The position numbers were made by a program, and so were the translations under genes. 25,300 nucleotides of DNA, taken from the IMG/VR virus record IMGVR_UViG_3300042288_000537, positions 1 through 25,300 of that record; one strand, 5' to 3'. The notes under the pieces are model-generated. The model was not told where the DNA came from, ran no database searches, and was given only the letters and a program-made list of their open reading frames with translations. Positions 1-8,251 of the stretch are shown here, piece by piece. Source of the stretch: a virus (lineage: Duplodnaviria; Caudoviricetes). Numbering within the stretch: the stretch's first letter is position 1; each line of letters opens with the position of its first letter.

Positions 1-787
1 CGCCTAGCGAATAGGAATAATCGCCGAACGACTCCGACGCTAGCGCGGTGTCGCGCTTGCGCCCGTTGTAGATTCGGCTCGCGATTAGGTGGCACGCGTG
101 GACAATGTCGGGCGGAATCGTTTCGTACCCGCCGTCGTAATCGACTAGCACCGACACGGGCGCCGTAGGCCACCCGTCGCCGTTGTCGTCGTCGTAGCCG
201 CTACGACCAAAGTAGAGAATTCCGCGCGGTAGGTCGCCCGTTATGTCCATTTGCGCTTGATCGGCGAAGGTAACGGTAGCGACGCTGTCTTTCAGGTCGC
301 GGCCTACTAGCCGATTGATTCGGTATACCGAACAATTCACCGATGCCGACGCGGCGAAACCCGTAGTAGCGGTAATCTGCGCGGCGAGCGCGTTCGACGA
401 CTTATGGTTCGCGAAATTGATATCGGTTTGGGTTTCGTTGCCCGTTGAATCCGTGCGGGTTAGAGTAAGTTTTGTTTCTCTAACCGTGATAGTGGCCGAA
501 ATGTCGCTAGCGACCGTGCTACGTACCGTCATGCACGCAAGCGAACCAAAGCCCACGTAGTGAACGTGCCCCACGGGCGGATTGTGAACGACGAGCCCGC
601 TATCGCCACGCGCTGTCGTCCATTCGTAGAAACGACGTTGGACGAATTTACGGTCGGCGTACGCTTCGATTGCGTAACTAGCGCGGTCGATTGCCGACTC
701 CAACACCGCGTCGTCCGTGGCGTAGGTAATCCCCATATAGGATTTCAACGCGGCGAGGGTGGTAAGTGCGTAGGTATCAACGGCCAT
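1..787 (-). CDS. Head-tail connector/adaptor (HK97 gp6/SPP1 gp15-like) with large internal insertion; 3' end runs off the window
   Basis: Not in the ORF track. ATG at 787 gives MAVDTYALTTLAALKSYMGITYATDDAVLESAIDRASYAIEAYADRKF... and later VDYDGGYETIPPDIVHACHLIASRIY...SESFGDYSYSLG, typical adaptor N- and C-terminal motifs. Lies downstream of the capsid genes. Confidence 0.8.
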   Translation of the reverse strand, partial: MAVDTYALTTLAALKSYMGITYATDDAVLESAIDRASYAIEAYADRKFVQRRFYEWTTARGDSGLVVHNPPVGHVHYVGFGSLACMTVRSTVASDISATITVRETKLTLTRTDSTGNETQTDINFANHKSSNALAAQITATTGFAASASVNCSVYRINRLVGRDLKDSVATVTFADQAQMDITGDLPRGILYFGRSGYDDDNGDGWPTAPVSVLVDYDGGYETIPPDIVHACHLIASRIYNGRKRDTALASESFGDYSYSLG

Positions 788-820
788 TGGTTGTTCCGTT
801 CATCGGCACGCGTAGCCGCC

Positions 821-1060
821 TCATTTCGCCCGCGGCGGCCGTCCGCGCTTGCGTGTGGTGTCGGTAGGGGTTTCGACGTCGGCGGGCGCCACGGGCGATT
901 CCCGCGGGGTTACGGCGGTCGTGGATTGCGTCACGAATTCCAACACGCCGCGGCGCTGCAATTGAACCGCAAGCGCGGGCGACACGGCGACAAGCGCGCC
1001 GCGCCGCGCGCCCGCCCACGGTTGCAACGCTATGCAAATTACGTTGGTGGTAGTGTCCAA
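821..1060 (-). CDS. Small head-region protein with basic C-terminal AT-hook-like motif (RKRGRPPRAK)
   Basis: Part of ORF 821..1108. Probable TTG start at 1060 overlaps the end of the upstream gene and the ORF fills the gap before the adaptor. Confidence 0.6.
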   Translation of the reverse strand: MDTTTNVICIALQPWAGARRGALVAVSPALAVQLQRRGVLEFVTQSTTAVTPRESPVAPADVETPTDTTRKRGRPPRAK

Positions 1061-2232
1061 TCGGGTTTCCCGTTCGTGTGGTAGTCGTGCATAAATTGGT
1101 GGACGCAATTCAAGTTCCTATCGGGCCATGACGCGACGACTTGTAGGTGGCCGACGCGTACTTGCGGCGTGGTCGAAATCTTCCAACCCGCGGCGCGCGC
1201 CTTCTTCCAAAAGTAAACGTCGTCGTCTACGCGGTCGTTGCCCCAATCGCCCTTTGCGCCCGCCTCACCGACAAACCACGGCATCGGGAATTCGCGTAGG
1301 CGGTCGCACCGAATCAACGTAAGCCCGAAATGCCCGTGCAGCACGGGCCAATGATCGTCGGCGAGTCGTTCTACCGCTAGTTCCGAAACGGGTAGCCCCA
1401 TGCCGTCGTCGATTTTCGCAAGCAATTGGTTTCGGTCGCGCCCAATCTGCAAGGGGCACAAAATGTCAAGGTCGTGCGCGTCGGCGATGTCTCGCAACAT
1501 ACATACGTCGTGCGCGTCGAAAATCGTGTCGTAATCAATCGCTAGAACGTACTTATGCTGTCCGCCTTCCGCGATCTGTTGGAACAATCGTTGCAAGCAT
1601 TGCCCCCAAAAGACACCAATCGACCGAACGAACGGAATATGCAACGGCCCTAACGCGGTATAGCAACACCCCATGTTTTCCGTCCACGCTAGCCGCGGCA
1701 TACTCATCACCGCGTGCATATCGGGGAGCGGGCGAACGGGGACGCGGCGCAACACGCCCGCGGCGCGCTTGACGGCGCGAATGTTCAACGACACGGGCAA
1801 CGACGAACACGAATTTGAGTCGCCCGCCCAATCTCCGACGACTTCGAAGCCCGCCGACGCTAGCGCGTCGGTGAGTTTCTGTCGGTTGAATATCGCGGCG
1901 TGGAAATCGTTGGCGTCCGTCTGTCCGCCCATTATGTATTGCTCGACAGGCCACGCGACGCCGCGCGCGTACGCGTCCACGCATCTATCGAAATCGGGCA
2001 CCGCTACTAGCAACGTACCGCCAACGCGTAGCGCGCGATTCCATTCCCGCAACACGGCGAGCGTTTCGCGGTGCGGGATATGTTCTAGAACGTGGCTAGC
2101 CTTGACGACTTCTAGCGAACCGTCGGCGATTCCGACTAGCGCGCGCGCGTCGCGGCCCTGCGCGATGTCCCACGGTTCAAAGCCCGCGGTACAACGATCC
2201 ATACAACCGATGTCGATTTTCGTGATTGTCAT
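1039..2232 (-). CDS. Fusion of class I SAM-dependent methyltransferase (N-term) and GT-A/GT2-like glycosyltransferase (C-term)
   Basis: N-term has KIDIGC (motif I), ASHVLEH, LRVGGTLLVAVPD. C-term has DxD motif IDYDTIF, GHFGLTLI, DDDVYFW..ARAAGWKI...VRVGH. Confidence 0.8.
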   Translation of the reverse strand: MTITKIDIGCMDRCTAGFEPWDIAQGRDARALVGIADGSLEVVKASHVLEHIPHRETLAVLREWNRALRVGGTLLVAVPDFDRCVDAYARGVAWPVEQYIMGGQTDANDFHAAIFNRQKLTDALASAGFEVVGDWAGDSNSCSSLPVSLNIRAVKRAAGVLRRVPVRPLPDMHAVMSMPRLAWTENMGCCYTALGPLHIPFVRSIGVFWGQCLQRLFQQIAEGGQHKYVLAIDYDTIFDAHDVCMLRDIADAHDLDILCPLQIGRDRNQLLAKIDDGMGLPVSELAVERLADDHWPVLHGHFGLTLIRCDRLREFPMPWFVGEAGAKGDWGNDRVDDDVYFWKKARAAGWKISTTPQVRVGHLQVVASWPDRNLNCVHQFMHDYHTNGKPDWTLPPT

Positions 2233-2236
2233 AAGA

Positions 2237-2264
2237 CATAGCGACGGCTTTCGCCGCCGCTATG
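2237..2264 (-). terminator. GNRA-capped hairpin (attenuator/terminator or mRNA stabiliser) just upstream of the MTase-GT start
   Basis: Minus strand CATAGCGGCGGC-GAAA-GCCGTCGCTATG followed by TCTT-ATG; U-tract is weak. Confidence 0.55.
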
Positions 2265-2310
2265 CGTAGCCTACTAACGGCTCCGACGCCCGTTGGCTAT
2301 GGCGATTCTA

Positions 2311-2742
2311 TCACCGTTCGGGCGACCGTACCCAAATGGTAGCGCCAACATCGTCTACCGCCTTTCGACCCATTGCAGGGCGCGCTAGGTTGGCGGTTGA
2401 AATGATGTTTGACGACGCGCTAGGGGTGCAAGTAAAGAGTAGATACCGACGGTAGCCCGCGGTATCAATATCGAACACGCAATAGGGGTTGTTCGTACCC
2501 GCGGCTTGCGCGGGGATTGTGTAATCGGTTCCGCCTGTCAACCCGCACGCGACAAACGCGGTAGCGTCGGTCGTGTCGCCGTGTTCAATTTTGAACGTAG
2601 TCGGCGCGTGCGTTGTTGACTTGAATACGGCGACGCGTACCGAATCAAATCCCTTTGTATCTACCGTGGCGGTTGCGGTTTGACTTGTAGACGTGGTACC
2701 CAATGTAAGTAGCACGGTTTTCGTGTTGCTGTTGTGTTGCAT
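2311..2742 (-). CDS. Putative capsid decoration/cement protein, paralogue 2
   Basis: 143 aa, Thr/Ala-rich and beta-like. Shares VDT(K/R)GFDS.R.AVF.S.T.AP...K.EH.DTTDAT.F and VFDI.TAG.RRYL.FT with 2817..3257. Follows the MCP. Confidence 0.65.
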   Translation of the reverse strand: MQHNSNTKTVLLTLGTTSTSQTATATVDTKGFDSVRVAVFKSTTHAPTTFKIEHGDTTDATAFVACGLTGGTDYTIPAQAAGTNNPYCVFDIDTAGYRRYLLFTCTPSASSNIISTANLARPAMGRKAVDDVGATIWVRSPER

Positions 2743-2757
2743 TGTGGCCTTTCAACA

Positions 2758-2791
2758 CTACGGGGCGCGGGCTTGCACCCACGCCCCGTAG
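2758..2791 (-). terminator. Long GNRA-capped intergenic hairpin between the two decoration-like genes
   Basis: Minus strand CTACGGGGCGTGGG-T-GCAA-G-CCCGCGCCCCGTAG then TGTT. Confidence 0.6.
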
Positions 2792-2816
2792 CAAGGTAGG
2801 AAGAGACAGGAACGAA

Positions 2817-3257
2817 TTAGCGGCTAGGAACCGTAACCCAATTCGCCGCCGACAGGTCGGTGGCGCTGTCGATACCCGTCAACGGTCGGCCTAGTTCCGC
2901 GATAGCGACGACGTTCGACGTAGCCGCGGATGCGCCCGTGTAGGTGAACCGAAGGTAGCGACGTAGCCCCGCTGTCACGATGTCGAACACGGCCGACGGG
3001 TTCGTGGTCGTCGCGGTACTAGCGGCGGCGGTGAAATCGGTACCCGCTGTCGCGTTGATTGTTGCGAACGTCGTAGCGTCGGTGGTGTCGGAGTGTTCCA
3101 CCTTCAACACGGCGGGCGCGTTGGTGATGGAACTAAACACCGCGATGCGGCACGAATCGAAGCCGCGCGTATCGACGTTGGCGGTGGTCGTTGCGTTCGT
3201 TGCCAACGATGCGCCGTTGACTAGTAGAACGGTTTTTTGGTTGGATACTTCAATCAT
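2817..3257 (-). CDS. Putative capsid decoration/cement protein, paralogue 1
   Basis: 146 aa immediately after the MCP, GGAAGGG RBS, clear paralogue of 2311..2742. Confidence 0.65.
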   Translation of the reverse strand: MIEVSNQKTVLLVNGASLATNATTTANVDTRGFDSCRIAVFSSITNAPAVLKVEHSDTTDATTFATINATAGTDFTAAASTATTTNPSAVFDIVTAGLRRYLRFTYTGASAATSNVVAIAELGRPLTGIDSATDLSAANWVTVPSR

Positions 3258-3275
3258 GGTTGGTTTCCCTTCCTA

Positions 3276-4667
3276 TCAACGGGTGAGCATGACGACGGCG
3301 CCCGCGGCGGTAGTGTCGCCGCAAGAATGGCAATTGATGTCGATTCGTTGGGTGCCACGGATTACGATTTCGTCCTGTTCGAACGCGTTTAGCGCGCTAT
3401 CGGATGTCTTGATCGTGACGCTACGACGGTCGCCGAACCCGACGGCTTGCGTAAGGTCGCCGAAGTACGCCAACACGGCGCCGTCGGTGCCCGAACCAAT
3501 GGTGCCCGACATGGCTTGCGAGAACACGACGGGGTAGCCGAAGAATCGCGGAGCGATTCCGTTTTGCATTTCTGCGGCGGACACGCCCCCCGCACCCATC
3601 GCGACGCGTTCGAACATCGCGTGGAAAACCGACTTGTGACAGTAGATTTTCGTATTCGGGGTCTGCGCGTACGCGGGGAGTAGTGCCATCATGCCGTGAA
3701 TGTCGGCTTGAAGGTCTGCAACCGTGACGCTTGCCAATGCACCCGTACCGATGCCCGAATCCGACGTTCCCGCGCTACCGATTGCGTTCGCGAGTCCGAC
3801 GATGCCGCCGAACGTGCTAGTACCGTCGCCGTTGAACCCCGCCTGATCTTCGCGCAACGCGAATTCGTAGGCGATTTCGCCCGCGACGTTGTCGGCGATG
3901 TTGACAATCGCATCCTCTGCAAGTTCCGACGACGTCGTGGTGAGCGCAAAGAGTTTCTTCGCCTGTAGCATCACGTTGTCGAAGGTTTGCGTAGATTCGG
4001 TCGCCGCCTTTGTCTCGCCGACCCAATACGACGTAAGGGTGCCCGTACGTCGTGGAATGTAGATCACGTCGCGCGACATCGGCCAAACCTTCGCGTTGGC
4101 GCGGAAGACGCCGAATTGTTCGCGAAGCGAAATGAGCGTGTCGGAAAATTCGTCGGGAACTAGGAAGCCGCCCGCGCTGTTGTTGCCTTCGGAATGCGCC
4201 TTGACGGTAAGCCCGTTACGCGCGCACCAATCCGCCGATTTCGTGTGGTTGCACGCGGCGAAGAGGAAGCGACCGAATCGGTAGGCTTCGCGGTTGTCGC
4301 TGAAATTCTTCAACCGACCGCCGCGGAACTTCGGCGCGTCGTCGTCGCCACCCGTCACAATCGCGCGACGTGCAGCGGGTGCGGCGTCGGCGATTGCCGC
4401 GCGGATTTCTGCGCGGACAGACTTCGCCACGGCGGCGGTGTCCGCCTTCTCTTCGGGCTTTGCCATGTCGGTTTCGACTTCGGCGGGCGCGGCGGCGGGT
4501 GCCACCATCACGTCGATATTCGCGGGGTCAATCGGTGCGCCCGATTCGTCCACGATCATGCAATCTTGCAACATGAGCGCTTTCGTGTGCGCCACGCCAC
4601 GTTCGCCGTGTTGTGCGGCGGCGTTCTTTAGTGCGGTGGTGAATTCTGAAATTTTGAGTGTACGCAT
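3276..4667 (-). CDS. Major capsid protein, HK97 fold, with N-terminal scaffold (delta-like) extension
   Basis: Motifs GGFLVPDEFSDTLISL, YWVGE..A..S..FDNV.L..KKL......S.EL.ED, G..PVV.S..M, YFGD, AFEQDEIVIRGTQRID. Follows the prohead protease. Confidence 0.93.
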   Translation of the reverse strand: MRTLKISEFTTALKNAAAQHGERGVAHTKALMLQDCMIVDESGAPIDPANIDVMVAPAAAPAEVETDMAKPEEKADTAAVAKSVRAEIRAAIADAAPAARRAIVTGGDDDAPKFRGGRLKNFSDNREAYRFGRFLFAACNHTKSADWCARNGLTVKAHSEGNNSAGGFLVPDEFSDTLISLREQFGVFRANAKVWPMSRDVIYIPRRTGTLTSYWVGETKAATESTQTFDNVMLQAKKLFALTTTSSELAEDAIVNIADNVAGEIAYEFALREDQAGFNGDGTSTFGGIVGLANAIGSAGTSDSGIGTGALASVTVADLQADIHGMMALLPAYAQTPNTKIYCHKSVFHAMFERVAMGAGGVSAAEMQNGIAPRFFGYPVVFSQAMSGTIGSGTDGAVLAYFGDLTQAVGFGDRRSVTIKTSDSALNAFEQDEIVIRGTQRIDINCHSCGDTTAAGAVVMLTR

Positions 4668-4745
4668 ATCGGTAATCCCTTCGGTGTTGCGTCTAGTTCT
4701 AGGCTACGCGTCTAGGCACATTGCCGCCCGTTCGTAGCCGCCACG

Positions 4746-5423
4746 TCAACGCAACGCGCCGCGCGCGCGCGCCAATTCGCGACGCACTACGGCGGTAGTG
4801 TCCATCGGTTGAACCCGCGCCGCGCTTGCGGCGTCGGCCCACGTACGCGCGGGCACGGGCACGACAATTTGTACGCGCCGCGGTTCGACGTAATCCAACC
4901 AACGCGCGGCCGCGGCGGCGTCTACGGCGCCCTTGCGTACGGCGCTTATCAACGCTTGCGGATTGCATTGGAGCGGCGCCACGGAAATTTCCATAAGGCG
5001 CCATTTGTTGTAGACAGTATGCACGGCGTCGCCGTAACGCTTGCGGTCGTCAACGGTCGCGCGGCGCGTGCCGCCCTGTTCGGGTACGTAGCCAATGCTT
5101 ACGCCCTTTACGACCCCTTGCCCAATCACGGCGCGCACGAAATCGGGGAAGAATTCGCCGACGTAATCCGCGGGCCGTTCGGCCAATTGGAATTCGCCCA
5201 CGATGCTATCGGGGTTGCGTTGCAACGCGACGCAACGGCCGACGGGTAGCGTTAGGTCGTGATTCCAAAACAGCACGGGGTTGGATTCGTACTCCGTGCT
5301 ATTCATACCTTGCGGGATTACCACCTCGCCGTCGCGGTCGATTGCGGCGGTTGTAACGGTCGCGGTGAATCCGCCCGCGCTAGGTACCAATTCGGCTTTG
5401 AGTTTCTTACGTTGCATGGTCAT
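4746..5423 (-). CDS. HK97-family prohead (maturation) protease
   Basis: Motifs IDRDGEVVIPQG, NPVLFWNHD..LPVGR, GVSIGY, LMEISVAPLQCNPQA. ATG at 5423 overlaps the portal stop (ATGA), so the ORF-track start 5510 is probably too long. Confidence 0.9.
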   Translation of the reverse strand: MTMQRKKLKAELVPSAGGFTATVTTAAIDRDGEVVIPQGMNSTEYESNPVLFWNHDLTLPVGRCVALQRNPDSIVGEFQLAERPADYVGEFFPDFVRAVIGQGVVKGVSIGYVPEQGGTRRATVDDRKRYGDAVHTVYNKWRLMEISVAPLQCNPQALISAVRKGAVDAAAAARWLDYVEPRRVQIVVPVPARTWADAASAARVQPMDTTAVVRRELARARGALR

Positions 5424-8248
5424 ACCTTCCGCGCGCGTGCGCGTCGTTCGGCTTCCGCCGCAATGTTTTCGTAATCGTCTACCAACGTCGGTTGCATCGC
5501 GCATCGGCAATTCGGGTGCAGCGGCGGCGCCGAAATCTCTTCATAGTCGAGTTTCATTTTCCCGCCGTCGGCGCCCGTCAACGTGTCGCCCTTCGCGTAG
5601 AACGAATCCTCTAGGCCGACGCCCTTTTCGGTAAACCTCTTCGCGACGGCTTCGCAGAATTCGCACGGGTCGGGCGCAAGTATCCAACGCTTGCCCGACA
5701 CTAGCCCCGTGGATTTCCACGCGTCGGTTTCGGCGGTAGCCGCCGCGCGCGCGGCTTCGGTGCGTGCAATCATCGTTGCACGGCGGCGCGTCGCGCGCAC
5801 GTCGTCGCCCTCGCCACGTGCCCATTCTTGCACACGTTCGGCGAGTTCATCGGTGTTTTCACCTAACGACATCCCCTCCCCGAACATATCGCGCAAGCGT
5901 TCGACGGTATAGCCGTTGATTGAATCGGCCGCACGCGACGCCAACCGAACGCTACCGCGTTCGACGTACTCCGCTAGTTCTTTGCTACTCCAACCCAATT
6001 CGGCGACGGCCGTAGACGTCGCGAGTTTCGACAGGTTGGCAAATCCGATATCGGCGCCGTGCTGCAACGAACGACGAATGTATGGCGCTAGCGCGTCCAC
6101 CAATTCGCGATGCCACGCGCCGCGCTCCAACACGCCCACGGCGCGCGCGACCGTTTCGGGCGTCGCGTCGCCCTCGCGTTTGATTGCGGCGACGACGGCG
6201 CGCACTTGCGCGGCAAACACGGCGTCTACCCCTTTTAGGAAGCCCGCCAACAATTCGTCGTCTACTAGTTCACCCGTACCCGCGGCTTTCGTGATTCGGT
6301 CGGCGTCGGTTAGCCAAAGGTCGGAATGCTTGACGGCGTGCGCGTCGGTGCCGCAACACGCGCACGACTTCGCGCGCGACTTCTCGCCGCGTTCGCGGTC
6401 GAATTCGTCGCGCTTTCGTTTCGCCCACGTCCACCCTTCATCGCCGCCCCAACCGTGCCACGCTTGCCACCCCTTGCCCTGTTCGTCCCACGTCGCGCCC
6501 TGTTTGTCGGATTCGTGGCGTTCGAAGTATGCAACCATCCGCCTTACGGTGTCCTCCGACACGGCGACGCGGTTCGCTAGGTCGCGGGCGCGCGCGATGC
6601 CCGTAGCCGTCATGCCGCGTTGGCTAGGCGGCTTCGATTCGCGTACTTCAAGCGCGCGCCGCGCGTTGTCGGCCACGGCTTGCGGCGGCACCGTGTCGAT
6701 GTCTTGAAGCGCCTTTGATTCGCCGCACATTTCGTACGCGATAGCGGCGGCTTGCGATTCGTCGTAGCCTTCCGCTAGTAGCGTCGGAATCTTCGCGGCG
6801 ACGCAATCGGAAAGCGCCGACTTTGTGGCGGTGGTTGGTGCGGCCGACGGTGCCACGGCGTCGGCCGACGTCGCGACAGGCGGCGCGGGTGGCGTGATTG
6901 CCGCGGTTTGTGGCGGCGTCGCGTCTAGTGCCATTGGAGCGGGCGCCGCGGCCCCTAGCGGTTGCCCGTTTACCAACAGGCGGTCGGCCATTGGGTCGTC
7001 GGTACGTTCCAATCCGTAGCGTTCGCGCGCCTCATTCGGGGTAAGCCAACCACCCGATACCGCGACTTGCGTTTCGGTCAAATCCTGTTGGCGGTTCAAC
7101 GGTACAGGGTCGTCATAGGCTAGCACCGCGTCGCCTTCTAGGCCGAACATCGGCAATAGCCGTTGGTTCAAAGTTTCTTCATCCATTCGGCATAGCGGTA
7201 GTACGGTCATTTCACGCCACGACGCGAACCCGATAGACGCGCCCGCTAGGTTCGGGTCGTTCGCCTTCAACATGGATACGGGCACGCCGAACACCGCGGC
7301 GATTTCCTCCACGACGTCGTCGCGCCCCGTGAGATCCTTCGGCGGGAACGCTAGCGGCTTCACGTCGATTTCCGCGGTAGATACCATGAAATTCCCGCGG
7401 TTACGCGGCCCGCGGAATTTCTGCTTTATGGCGCGCTCTACGCGTTCCAATTCATCGCCCGACGCGTTCCCCTTGATAGTCAACAGGTAGTCGGGGCGGC
7501 CGTTGTTTTGGAACATCGCCAAATCCATTGAATGTAGCGCGGCGTTGGCATTCGCGGCACCCCATGCGGCTTCGAGTTTCCCCATGCCGTAGAACAGGTC
7601 GCGCGGGTTCGGCCGTCGGAAATGGATAACCTCATCCGCGGGGAAGTTCTGTTTTGATTCGCTACCCTTGCCGTAGCGATAGCCGCTAATGAATTCTACG
7701 GGGTCGGGGATTACTTCCGTCCATTGTGGCGGCATCGGCCACAATTCCGTCGGCGTGCCGAACGCGTCGGTAATCACGTGCAGATAAGCGTTACCCGTCA
7801 ATTCTTGCCACACGACACGCAACACCGTTGCGTCGTATCCGTTGAACCACGGGTTAGCCGTAGACAACAGGCGCAACAACGGGTGGTCGTCCGTAACCTC
7901 TTCGAAATCGTCGCCTAGTTCCGCGGCTTTCCGCATCACAACCGCCGACGGTTGGTGCGCGGTGTCGCCGCGCAAGCGCGCGACAGACTTACGCGACGCG
8001 GCGCGCGTATTCCACAATTGCCGCGTGGCGTTGTCGCCGCGCACGTATAGCCGTAGTGGAGTAGACGCAACCGCGTTTGCGTTGATTGACGCCGCCGCGT
8101 AAATCCACGAATTGTAGTAGGCCACCGCGGCTTTGTGGTCGAACGGCGCCGCGCGCCCTTCGCCCGTTCGCATTTCGAAACTTCGGGTGGATGCGCTAAT
8201 CCACGCGCGTGGGTCGGCGGCTTTTACAATGGCGCGTAGTAAGTTCAT
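5420..8248 (-). CDS. Portal protein fused to internal domains and a C-terminal MuF/SPP1 gp7-like head morphogenesis domain
   Basis: Residues ~1-430 are HK97-type portal (LTGNAY, EVIHFRRPNP....GMG, IAAVFGVP, GWLTPNEARE). C-term RATMIARTE...KRW...CEFC...PPLHPNCRC is the MuF signature. Confidence 0.88.
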   Translation of the reverse strand: MNLLRAIVKAADPRAWISASTRSFEMRTGEGRAAPFDHKAAVAYYNSWIYAAASINANAVASTPLRLYVRGDNATRQLWNTRAASRKSVARLRGDTAHQPSAVVMRKAAELGDDFEEVTDDHPLLRLLSTANPWFNGYDATVLRVVWQELTGNAYLHVITDAFGTPTELWPMPPQWTEVIPDPVEFISGYRYGKGSESKQNFPADEVIHFRRPNPRDLFYGMGKLEAAWGAANANAALHSMDLAMFQNNGRPDYLLTIKGNASGDELERVERAIKQKFRGPRNRGNFMVSTAEIDVKPLAFPPKDLTGRDDVVEEIAAVFGVPVSMLKANDPNLAGASIGFASWREMTVLPLCRMDEETLNQRLLPMFGLEGDAVLAYDDPVPLNRQQDLTETQVAVSGGWLTPNEARERYGLERTDDPMADRLLVNGQPLGAAAPAPMALDATPPQTAAITPPAPPVATSADAVAPSAAPTTATKSALSDCVAAKIPTLLAEGYDESQAAAIAYEMCGESKALQDIDTVPPQAVADNARRALEVRESKPPSQRGMTATGIARARDLANRVAVSEDTVRRMVAYFERHESDKQGATWDEQGKGWQAWHGWGGDEGWTWAKRKRDEFDRERGEKSRAKSCACCGTDAHAVKHSDLWLTDADRITKAAGTGELVDDELLAGFLKGVDAVFAAQVRAVVAAIKREGDATPETVARAVGVLERGAWHRELVDALAPYIRRSLQHGADIGFANLSKLATSTAVAELGWSSKELAEYVERGSVRLASRAADSINGYTVERLRDMFGEGMSLGENTDELAERVQEWARGEGDDVRATRRRATMIARTEAARAAATAETDAWKSTGLVSGKRWILAPDPCEFCEAVAKRFTEKGVGLEDSFYAKGDTLTGADGGKMKLDYEEISAPPLHPNCRCAMQPTLVDDYENIAAEAERRARARKV

Positions 8249-8251
8249 AGG

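Noticed and set aside
5420-5700. MuF polymorphic toxin with immunity gene
   Set aside because: The protein ends about 25 residues after HPNCRC with no toxin extension, and the next gene is the protease.
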